Positions 1 through 31,470 of a stretch of DNA of 64,000 nt are shown piece by piece. The DNA comes from the human T2T-CHM13v2.0 reference genome, Homo sapiens: NCBI RefSeq assembly GCF_009914755.1, contig NC_060925.1, one strand, 5' to 3'. The number at the start of each line of letters is the position of its first letter. Position 1 is the first letter of the stretch. Position numbers and translations under genes: made by a program. The notes under the pieces were generated by a model. The model worked only from the letters and a program-made list of their open reading frames with translations, did no database searches and had not been told where the DNA came from.

Positions 1-439
1 TATAAATCCCAGTGGGGTGCCCTGTGCTCTAATTCGGGGAGAAAATGCAGCAAGGAGTCCAAAGGCAGGGGTAGTTTCCTAAGGAATCATATTTGAGGTG
101 CGCCTTGCAGGCGGAGTTCTGTTTTAACAGAAGCAGCATGTGGGTAACAGCCTGAACAAGTACAGAGCCTGGAAAATGACTCTTTCAACCCGGAGGGAGG
201 AACAGGCTGCGTTGGGGAGGGGTCTTCTCAGTTCCCCGCTGGAGATGGGCCTGCCTTCTTCTGTCAGAAGGGTTTGGTGGCTGGAGGAGAGCGAGGTGTT
301 GGGGGGTGTGGGGTTGTGTGTGGCGTGTGTCTGAATTGCAAAGAGGAGTGAAGGCTTCCAGCGACACCTTGACCACAGGCTGGCTCTCCAGCATCTGGAG
401 GAATCAGAAGGAGAAGGGACGTTCTAAAATGATCATGGA

Positions 440-750
<311 letters not shown>

Positions 751-1009
751 TCATGGAAGAACTGGGGACCTGATTGTGTGGTTCTGCACCCCCCACCTGT
801 TGCTTCATTTATGCATGTAATCTACAGATACTCCCTGAGCACCTATTCCATCTGGCATTGTGCTGGGCACCAGATAGAGGTCAATGAGACAGGGCCCTTG
901 CCCTTGAGAGGTTCATAGTCTACCCAAAAAGATACATAAACAATTCATTACAATACTACATAATAATAAAGTGACAATAGCTCTTCACTGTTTATTCTGT
1001 CCTGGGTAC

Positions 1010-1200
1010 TTGATACACAGCATCTTAGAGTCACAACCACCTGGTCAACCTCGTAGTGGCATCCCCATTTTAATAAACAGAGAGATTGAGGCCCAGAGAG
1101 GTTAAGTAATTAGTTCAAGGTCATCCAGTTTGCTTGAGCAGAAGCGAGATTGAAATCCAGATCTGTTTGACTCCAAAACTGTGCTCTTTCCACTGTACCA
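1010..1200. mobile_element. MIR fragment
   Basis: ccccattt...gaggcccagagaggttaagtaa...caaggtca core. Confidence 0.65.
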
Positions 1201-1991
1201 TGAGCTCCTACTTAAGGAGTCTATACCCAGAGAGAGGGCATAGGAGTGGGTGTCGGGGGAAGGTTCCCCAAGGTGGGCAGGAGACTTGGAGAATGTGTTG
1301 GAGGCAAGTGGAAAAAGGGGATGCCAAGCCAAGGGAAATACATCAGAGGCCAAGTGCCCTGTGTTTCAGGAAGAGTGAAAAGCCTCAGCTGTCCAGGGCC
1401 AGGCTGGACCCTCAGCCCTTCAATCTAGTGGTCTCCATGACAACAGGCTCACCCAGGTCTTTAGAAGTGCATTTTCCTGGAATTGGCACAGTAGAGGCAT
1501 GGCCCATCTCTTTGTCTCTGACTGGTGAGCTGGCTGTTTCCCAGGCTTCCCCCTCTCCCAGATTGCTCACTTTCTGCTCAGGCTGTCTCTTCTCCCAAGA
1601 GCAGCAAGAGGCTCACTTATCTTTGCAATTTCTTTCTATTTGGAAGTTACTTTCCTCTTTAGCTGCTTGTATGCATGCTTCAAGAAACAGAAATATTTTC
1701 TGAGTATTTTCAGTTGCACTGCATCTTCCTACATGGTATGTTATAAGGATCCTTTAAGATTAGGAGAAGCTGTGGGAGATTTAAGCCATTGCTACTTTAC
1801 TCCCAAATTCATCACCAGGATTTAAAGATTTTAAGCTCATAACTCATGTTGCCATATGTGAACTGCTCAGAAAATGTTTTCCTAGAGCACTTCTGCAGAG
1901 CCATCTTTATTATTCTCATCTGTTTGGTAAGTAGGTTTGTGAATAATAGTTTTGATAAATTCTACCAGCATTTTACCAGTTCAAAAGCACC

Positions 1992-3258
<1,267 letters not shown>

Positions 3259-3460
3259 TGACAACACCCACATTTCTATCCCTACCCTGGACCTCTCTCC
3301 TGAACTCTGGACTCATGTATCTGATGCCTCCTGATATCTCAAATGGAAAACCCGATGGCCCTCAGACCTGCTCTTCTCTCAGTGCTCCCCAGCTTGGCAC
3401 ATGGTACCACCATTCTACCAGTGGCTCAGGCCAAACACCTGGGTACCATCGCTGACTCCT

Positions 3461-7041
<3,581 letters not shown>

Positions 7042-7600
7042 CTCCTTTCTCTCTCACCCTCATACCTAAACCTTCAGTAAATCCAACAGGATGTACCATC
7101 TACCTTCCAAATACATCCGGAACCTGAATACTTCTCCTCTTCGCCACTGTTACCATGACCATCTGCTCTTGCCTGGGTTATTGCAGTGACCTCTTGACTG
7201 GTCACCTGCTTCCACTGGCTCCTACAGCCCATGATCCCCAGGCAGCCAGGACTTTAACATAACAAATCGGATCATATGACTTCTCTGCTGTTGACCCCTT
7301 AGTTGCTCCCCATAGTCCTCACTGTGAAGTCCCTGCTCCTCACTGCGCCCTGGGTGCACTGGCCCAACTGCCCCTCCTCCCGGCATGCCCCTCTCACGGC
7401 TCGTATACCAGCCACAAGCTGCTCAGAGCCAACAGCTCTTGCCAGACCTTGAGGACTCATCATCTCCATCCTGTCTCTTCCTACCCTGTGTGTGCTATCT
7501 GGCACACAGTAGGTGCTCACTCAACACATGTTTGTTAAATGAAGGAAGGCTTTGTCTTCCTCCAAATCTCCTCTGTTCAAGAGTTGTTATGGACTGGACA

Positions 7601-7882
7601 CATAATTGCAGCACTTGGGGAGGCTAAAATAGGAGGATCATTTGAGCTCATGAGTTCAAGTCCAGCCTGGGCAACATGGAAAAACCCCATCTCTACAAAA
7701 AAATACAAAAATTAGCCCAGCAGGTGGCTTGCGCCTGTAGTCCCAGCTACTCGCTTGGGAGGCTGAAAGTGAGAGGATCACTTGAGCCCAGGACATTGAG
7801 GCCGCAGTAAGCCAAGCTGTGATCGCACCACTGCACTTCAGCCTGGGTGACAGAGTGACACCCAGTCTCAAAAAAAAAAAAA
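7601..7882 (+). mobile_element. AluJ-like
   Basis: Alu consensus with A tail. Confidence 0.85.
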
Positions 7883-8270
7883 GGTATTATGTCACTGGGG
7901 CTGCTGGTCTGATGGTCCTTCCTGAATGTGTCTATCCTAGGCCCCCAGCCCCTGCTGCCACCTCCCTCCAGTCAATGACAGGAGAATGCATCAAGACTCT
8001 GCCTGCCCCCTCCATCTGTTCCTATCCTCAGAGACACTATCACCCTGTAGTGTATAGGAGCCAGCCACCCATTTGCCCTTCCTGCTCAGCCAATCAGAAC
8101 AAGAATAATCAGCACATCTGCTGAATGCTTACAAAAATGCCAGTGATCTACCTCAATTATTTGGAATCCTTATACTTCCACAAAAGAACTATGTTATTAC
8201 TCCTACAGATAAGAAAAATGAGACTCAAAGAGGGCTCAATTACTTGCCCAAGGTCATACAGTAAAGATGT

Positions 8271-8313
8271 TGGATGGATGGGTGGATGGATGAATGAATG
8301 AATGGATGGATGA
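8271..8313. repeat. (GGAT/GAAT)n microsatellite
   Basis: ggatggatgggtggatggatgaatgaatgaatggatggatgaa. Confidence 0.85.
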
Positions 8314-11139
8314 ACAAGAGCCTTATTGACTCTGGTGCTTTGCTGTTTTTCTCTCTTTCCAACATAAACACTGGGGGTGGCTCCATGCAACTAAAGGAGC
8401 CAAGTGGCTTTGGGGATTCCTGAGCCAAGAGAGCAGGAGGTTGGGAGGAGTTGACCCTGGTAGAAATCAGCTCTGAGCAGCCCCAAGTTACTCAGTAACC
8501 TCAAATACTTGGTCCCCAGGGACAAACTGGCCAATCTTGGCCAGGGCAGGCAGCAGACACTGGTTCCCCTTGGCCACCCTTCTGTTGCTCAGCTGGTCAC
8601 AGCTGGAATCTGGAGATGGAAGGTCAAAGATGGGACAGACCTCAGGCCAGGCAGAATGAGAGCTGATGGTGGGGTCAGGGGCTTCTCAGAGGAGGCCTGG
8701 AGTGGAAGGAGGAGTGAGAGATGAAGCCCTCACCATTCCTTCAGAGCTACCAGGGCCAGAGGAGGCAGGGGAAGGACCAAGGGCCTTGACATCACTTCAC
8801 AATCCAAAAGGAAACCATGGACTAAGCCTCTCCATAGTGTTTGGTAGGTGGTGGTCCAGGGGGTCCTCTAAGATCCTCTCAGGTGGCAGCCTGGCAGGGG
8901 AGTCCTCAGACAGGTGGGAGCCAGGGAGGGGACCCTCAGAAGGGGAGGGCTGTCTGGGTCTTGCTCTCTGCTGGACCAGGGCTGATACCAGCTCAGCTGG
9001 TGCTCACTGGCTGTTGAAATACCAAGATTATCCCATTCAAGTTGGCAAGTAGCTGTTGCCCAAAGGTCTCTAAGTTTACCCTCCAGAGACTGGCCCAGCT
9101 CTCCTGGGCCAGGGGGATTCCTTTAGATCTCCCCATAATCCAGCAATGAAGAGGTTAACACCTGCCAGGCAGGGGGCCCCAGGACCGAGCCCTGTTTTAT
9201 AACTTGACTAGAACCTGTGGTTGTAGCCCCAGACCTGGCCCAGGATTGGTGCTAAATGAGTATTTGTTGAGTGAATGAATGAGCAACAGAGGAGAGAGAA
9301 TCAGAGACCCAGAGGAATTAAAAGAGACTAAGGGCCACAACAGGTGACAAAGAGATAGAGGAGGCTGGAATCAGGGAGGCAGTTCCCAGAAGATGCTGGG
9401 AAGGCCCAGCCTACTCCTCCTTGTTTTCCCTGGTTTGCAGCTTTTGAAGGCTCTTCCCATCCCAGGGCCTGTCCAGTCCCTGATTGGACAGCCCTGAGCA
9501 ACCCCCCACTCCCAAACAGGACTTAGGCAGTGTCTTGGGGCAGAAGGCTGGGCCTGGGTGGATCCTCCAGATGCTGAATCATTATACAAAGGATTCTGAC
9601 CTGATATACCTCTTGCCCCAGGAAGGGCTAGAAAGCAAGCTTCCTGCTGAGCAAGTAGGGACAGAGAGTCTCTCTGGGACAGAGGCCACTGAGGGTCAGA
9701 AAGCCCGCCTGGCCAGCCGGGCGCAGTGCTACCAGAGTCTGCCACCCAGAGTCGGACCCCTGGCTGGCACCTGAGTTAGGGAAACTGGATACCTAGAATC
9801 CAACTGTCCTCCAGAGCCCACTGTGTGTCAGAGGCTGGAGCCCCTGAGGGGAGGTAGAAGTGAGCTGGGGAAGGGGCAGGAGGAAAGAAAAGGAAGAGGT
9901 TAGGGGCTCTACTCTTGACCCCATCCCTGCCCATTCCTGAGAAGCAGCCCTACTCTGCATCTGTTCTGGGGGGAGGTTGTCCCCTGGGGACCTAGGCCAT
10001 ACTCATGGGAGTGGCAGCTTTTCCTTTGGACTGGGGTTTGTGACACCATTACAGACACTCACGGGTTCCTTCCACACTATGACTCCCTCAGACAGGCGGG
10101 CCTGGGATGGGCTGCCGCTGCAGCGTAGACAGAGAGCCTCCCCTCCCACCAGCCCCATGGAATACTTGCCTTCACCCTGTGGAGGTGTCAGGTGTCAGAA
10201 CCAATAGTGCCAGGGTTCCACACCTATTTAGAACCCTTCAGTGGCCCAGAACCCACTGAGTAGAGGCCCTGTGCCTTAGCAGGGCCTTCAGGGCCTTCCC
10301 AGCACCACCCCCAGCCTCCCCCAACCTGAGTTCCTGAACACACGGGATGCTTACACTGCCAGGCTCGGTCTATGTTGGTCCCACTTCTTATAATGTCTCC
10401 TCTTCCTTCTTCACTTGTCCAATTCATAGATTGTCCTTCCAGATCACCTTCATACATTCATTACCTTCTCAGGAAGCAATTCTCCATCTCAGTCCCCTCC
10501 CTTACCCCTATCCCTGGGGCCTCTGCGGCCCCTCCTCCTGGACCCCTGCAGTCTCTGTTCTTCTCTGGGTTGGTCGCTTATCCCACTGGTAATCAAATTT
10601 CCTCCTAAGTGTCTGTCTCCACACCAGACAGTGGTTCCTGGAGGAAGGGGCTATCTGGTTCATCTCCAAAGCCTGCCTCACAGTAAGTGTTCAATAAATG
10701 TCTGTCTCCTCCATGTCTGTCTACCGGGCCCCCAGTGGATGCCAATCTTGCTTGGGTAATGAGGAACTCTGGACTTGGAATTGAGAAGCCCTCCTTGCAT
10801 TCAGCCTCCCTCCGCTCCAGCTGCAGAGGCAGCCCAGGCTCTCTCACATCCACAGTGGGCACACAGGGAACCTGGGTGTCAGTGTGGCCCCTGCCCAGCC
10901 TGCTTCCCTGTGGTGTGGTACAGATTGGGGGTAGGAAGGGGGAGAGTCCCTTACCTTACACCGCTTGGAGCGGTGTAAGGGACTCCACTGCAGAGGCCCA
11001 GACGCCCCAGCCTGGTTAATCATCAGTGCCTGGAGAGCACTATTTATCTCTGTTTTCCATCTCTGCTTTTTCAGTAGGGAAAAAGATTAAGTAAACCCTA
11101 ACTCTCTCTTGTGTTAACCCTAGAGGGGCCAGACCAGAG

Positions 11140-11454
11140 TTTTGTTTGTTTGTTTGTTTGTTTTCTGACAGAGTCTTGCTCTGTTGCCCACTCTGGAGCG
11201 CAGTGGCACGATCTTGCTCACTGCAACCTCTGCCTTCTGGATTCAAGCGATCCTCCTGCCTCAGCCTCCCAAGTAGCTGGGACTACAGGTGTACCACCAC
11301 CACGCCCAGCTAATTTTTTTTTCTTGTATTTTTAGTAGAGACAGGGTTTCACTATGTTGGCCTGGCTGGTCTGGAATTCCTGACCTCAAGTGATCCACCC
11401 ACCCCGGCCTCCTAAAGTGCTGGGATTACACGCGTGAGCCACCATACCCAGCCC
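11140..11454 (-). mobile_element. Alu just upstream of the RHBG promoter
   Basis: Alu consensus with (GTTT)n head. Confidence 0.9.
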
Positions 11455-11860
11455 AGACCGGGGTCTTTAAGGGCCATTTATTCTTTGGGAGACACTCTAA
11501 AGTAACATCATGTATGAGGGTGCGGGTTCTCCCACCCCCAGGTCCCACAGCTGTGCCCTATCAGGGCAGAACACATGGCGCCTTTCCAGGGTCGCGTCCA
11601 AGGACCTGGCACCGTAACAGTGCCAGGATCAGCGCCAGGACTGTGCGACTCCCTTCCCCAAGTCTTGGCCCTACCTTGGGCCGAGGGTCCAGGACCCCCC
11701 GACGCCCCGCTCCTGGTCCCCGGGGCCCTGGGCCTGCGGCAGGTGAGGGCGGGGCCTCCGTGAGCAGGGCCTCTGTGGGCGGGGCTCCGTGAAACCTGCC
11801 CTGCCGCCGGGAATTGTCTGCCAAAGCCTGCGAGCGCCAGCCGAGATCGCAGCCCAACCC

Positions 11861-27382
<15,522 letters not shown>

Positions 27383-27399
<17 letters not shown>

Positions 27400-27451
27400 G
27401 GATAAAGCCCAGAGACCTCTGAGGGTGGAGGAGGCAGACACTCAGGCCTAA
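27383..27451 (+). CDS. RHBG: RHBG exon 10 coding part (canonical frame VPGEHEDKAQRPLRVEEADTQA*; the shifted frame stops at TGA 27397-27399)
   Basis: ttccag|GTG acceptor; both frames read directly from the sequence. Confidence 0.93.
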
Positions 27452-27804
27452 CCCACTGCCAGCCCCTGAGAGGACACGCTCCTTTTCGAAGATGCTGACT
27501 GGCTGCTACTAGGAAGTTCTTTTTGAGCTCCCATTCCTCCAGCTGCAAGAAGGGAGCCATGAGCCAGAAGGAGGCCCCTTTCCACAGGCAGCGTCTCCAC
27601 AGGGAGAGGGGCAACAGGAGGCTGGGAAATGGTGGGGAGTGGGGCCGTAACTGGGTACAATAGGGGGAACCTCACCAGATGCCCAACCCGACTGCCCTAC
27701 CAGCCTGCACATGGGTAGAAGAGGCCAAATTGAGGCACCCAAGTGATCCACTGGCCCCACGTCACACAGTTACAGTGAAGCCCAAGCCAGGCCTGGTTGA
27801 GGGT

Positions 27805-27850
27805 GATAAACGCCACTGTCTCTAAGGGTTCTGACTCTTTGTCTTTGTGC
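27805..27850 (+). terminator. RHBG: Likely RHBG polyadenylation site: variant signal GATAAA plus U/GU-rich downstream element
   Basis: GATAAA 27805-27810 followed by ttctgactctttgtctttgtg; no AATAAA seen between the stop codon and this site. Confidence 0.7.
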
Positions 27851-28380
27851 CCTGAGAACATAAGAAGTTTCTCTTACCTTCTAACTCACAATGGTAGAAC
27901 CTCCTGGAGAGGCAGGAAAGGGGTTTAGTGCTGACAAATTCCTGATTCCTGATCTGTAGAAGTCCCTCTGGAGTGCCATGTCCTGCCAGTGCCCCGCCTA
28001 GGCTTGCCTGTCTCCAGGCACAGGGAGTTCATTCTCTCCCAGAAAACAGGATTTTTTGTTACAGGATATCTTGGGCTGCGGGAGAGAGTTCTTCCCATTC
28101 CAGAACTGCTGCTACTCTGACCTTCAACTTGGGCAGCCTCTGAGCAGAGAAGGAAGAGGGTGCCCACAGGGCCCAAGGGAGACATAAGCTGTTTGCCACC
28201 AACCCTAATAAGCTAGCAGCAGCCCGCACCTAGTTGCCACTTATGTCCCTGTCCTGAGTCTGAGGAGCGGGGAATAGCAAGGGCATCATTGTGTGGATTA
28301 GGCCTGTGGCAGAGAAGGTTGAAGACCACCCCCCGCCGCGACCCCCACCCAAGGGCCTCTGTTGTCCTGAAGTCATTTGA

Positions 28381-28394
28381 CCACCAGAGGGCGC
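28381..28394 (+). promoter_or_regulatory. CTCF core motif
   Basis: CCACCAGAGGGCGC matches the CCASYAGRKGGCRS consensus. Confidence 0.8.
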
Positions 28395-29317
28395 ACCAAA
28401 CCCAGAAGAGGAAGATGCCGCTTTTATGCCCTTCCTTGGTCCTCTATGAAGAATGAAGCTCCTTCCTGCAGCCTAACCCCCTTCCTGTCTGCGTCAGCTC
28501 TGGTCCTCATGCATTCATGCCACAAGCCTTTTTTGAGCTCCTATCCACCACTACATGTCAGACGGATGCCAGGGGTTTCAGATCTCTCATCCAGCAGAAA
28601 TCCATCCCTCCAAGTAGACTGGAGCCCCCTTTCCAACACTGAAGGACTGGGACCCCCTCCGCCTTCTCCTGCCCTTCCCCTAGGCTTCTGACTACAGCTA
28701 TCTCTCCCCTAAAACCAAGACCAATCAGACTTAGGAACCCAAGGAGGAAGTGGAAAGATTCCTGGGACCTAGCCCTGGAATGAGGACAAAAGGTGACCCC
28801 ATCAGGCTCCATGCTCACCGTAGCTGGAGGGACTGACCTGGGCTGGTTGGAGAGGCCAAGCCCTGAGGTGAGGAGAAGGAGGTTGAGGGACAAGGCTTCC
28901 GTGGAGCCATCCCAGCTCATGTGGCCCAGTCTCTTCAGTTCCCCTCCTTCCTCCACAGCCCCCCATGCCCATTGTTGGCTGTGGTAGGTGTATTGGGAGG
29001 AGACCCTTGAGTGGAGGCAGAAGGATGACTGCTGGGATCACACAAAGGTTCCTGATCACTGTCAGCCCTTGCTAAGAGGAAGGGAGGAAGTTTGGGAGAG
29101 CTGAGGCCCCACCCCCCATTCTACCTACGGGGCCTCAGTTCCCAGCTCTGTTCTGCATGGGCCCAGATACAGCCAGCTGGCCTGTTCTCCCCGAGTCCTC
29201 AGAGATCTGAAAGAAGACTTTCAGGAAAGGGGGATTCAAGGATAGGGTGAGACCTCTCCCTGCCCCAGCCCATTCTGGGTGAGGAAAGCTACAAATCTTC
29301 ATTTATTCATGGCACTA

Positions 29318-29600
29318 GCTGGATGAGGTGGCTCACACCTTTAATTCCAGCACTTTGGGAGGCTGAGGCAGGAGGATTGCTTGAGCCCAGGAGTTTGAGA
29401 CCATCGTGGGCAACATAGTGGGACCCCATCTGTACAAAAAAATGAGCCAGGTGTGGTGGTCTGCAGCTGTAGTCCCCACTAATCAGGAGGCTGAGGCAGA
29501 AGGATCGCTTGAGCCCAGCAGTTCATTGCAGTGAGCCATGATCGCTCTACTGTACTCCAGCCTAGGTGAGAGAGACCCTAGCTCAAAAAAAACAAACAAA
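29318..29600 (+). mobile_element. AluJ-like
   Basis: Alu consensus, TSD attcatggcact. Confidence 0.9.
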
Positions 29601-30599
29601 AATTCATGGCACTAGCATTTTACAACCTGACCCTTTCCCTCTGCTGGCTGATTCCTTCCCGACTACCACTGAATCTTTTCCAGGCCTGAAAAAATGGGCA
29701 GCTCTAGCCCAGACTGGTCATTGCTGGGGAGAGCGGCCCATCTCAATCCAGAGAGGCTTCCTGGAAAAGGAACAACTGAGCCCTCTTTAGGAGAAGGCAG
29801 TTGCCCAGCCAGGTTCCACAGGACAAAAGGGTATAGGTCTCATCATAGCCTGACAAGATGTCCTGAGAAAGGGGCAGGGAGAGAGCTAACCCATAAGAGG
29901 TGGCCCTGTGTGCCCCGTAGACAGATAGTTCCAAGCTCTATCACCTCCATGAAGCCTCCCATAGCCCAGGCAATGATGCTGATCCCTGCCTCAAGCCCCT
30001 GCACCCTGATCGCATTCTTATTCAGGGGACTGTCTGCCCAGGACTGAACTTTCCTAAGCTAGGCCCTTGGTTTTTCACTCTATTTCCTCCTCTCCCTCCC
30101 ACTACTTTACCTTGAGTGCTGGGATCGTCTCATCATGGGCCCTCCAGACCTTGTTCCACTTCATAGGACTGAGCCATTCTTTGTGGTCTGGGTGTGGGTG
30201 ATTATCCCGCCACTGATTTCAGTCAGGGAGCACAGAGGGCAGGAAAGACAGGTACCCTTAGCGCCCCTGCTCAAATGCGACCAAGCCCTTCCCTCCCCTG
30301 AAGTCCCTGCCTCAGCAGCATTGTCCCCCACATGGTGGCCCATCTATTCAGGCTGGGTCAACAGGGGGACAACTAGTAGGTCAAGGAGGTGGTAGGGACA
30401 GAGGCCAAGGGGGCTCCTTCCTCACCCCTTCAGGACAATGAGGCCTCTGCCCCTCAGGGACAGCCCCTCTGATCAGCACCATTATTTCTGTCAGTGCAGG
30501 ACAATCGGACACTTGCCCGCTCATGAACTCTGTCTATCCAACCCCAATGCCTGATCTCTGGGGACAATGATGGACGAGGACACGGCCCCTGCCTGCCTC

Positions 30600-31470
30600 C
30601 CAGAGAAGACTGTTGCGGGGAGACAGGCTGCGCTGGGGTCAGGGTGGAAGCCCGCGGGGCCAGCGGCGTTGAGGGAAGGTTCTCCGGAAGCAGCCGCTGT
30701 TCTGGCTTGGCGCAAGTGCGTGTGGACGACAGCAGGATTTCCTGCCCAGGGACATCTGGATAAGAGGCCCAAGGTCCCCAGGAGCCCCCAGGTGCTTCTG
30801 CCCTGTGTGGCCAGAGCCCCCTCGGCCAGGAGTTAGAAGCTGCTCCTCTGACCTCTGGAGGACCCGGCACTCCGAACCCCGCGCAGCCTGGGAAAGGCCT
30901 GAGATTCCCCGCTATTGGGATTCACATCACGACGCGGCGGCCCCAACTCGGGGAGGAATTAGACACGGCGTGAGTGTCCCAAGTGCGGGGCGGTGGCCGT
31001 CCCGGGGCAGACGAGCGCGGCTGCCGCGTCCCCCCACCTCACCCCGATATTCCGCTCCCACCGTCGGGAACTCCCCCACCGCCGCCTCCGGCCCTGCGCG
31101 CCCCTTCTCCTTTGTCTGGCCCGCCCACTCCCAGCCGGTCCGCCGCGCCGCCCCGCGCGCCCCGGCCCGTGCGCCCGCCGCCGCCGCCCAGGAACAATGC
31201 GGGCCAATGTCTCCGGGCGGGCGAGCCGGCTATGCAAATGCCCAACGGCCTGTGAGAATCCCCTTCGCCGCCGCCTGGGCTTCCACGGCCTGAAAAGGGC
31301 TGGCGGCCGGGCCTGGGTGGGGGAGGCGGCCACTGCATAGGGATGAGCTGTTGTCCCGGAGCGCCCGGGACAGAGCGCCATTGTCTGTGCTGCAGTCGTC
31401 TGATAGCCAGTGGAGTCAGCCAGCCCGGGAGGAAGGCGGAGGGTGACCGGAACTAGGCCTTGGGGCGCAG
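30600..31470. promoter_or_regulatory. Orphan intergenic CpG island
   Basis: Very CpG/GC-rich core 30930-31380; no associated coding exon found. Confidence 0.85.

Noticed and set aside
1690-1935. Isolated splice-like signals (ttttcag, GTATGT, GTAAGT) in unique AT-rich DNA
   Set aside because: No coherent ORF or partner exons; cannot be supported without transcript data
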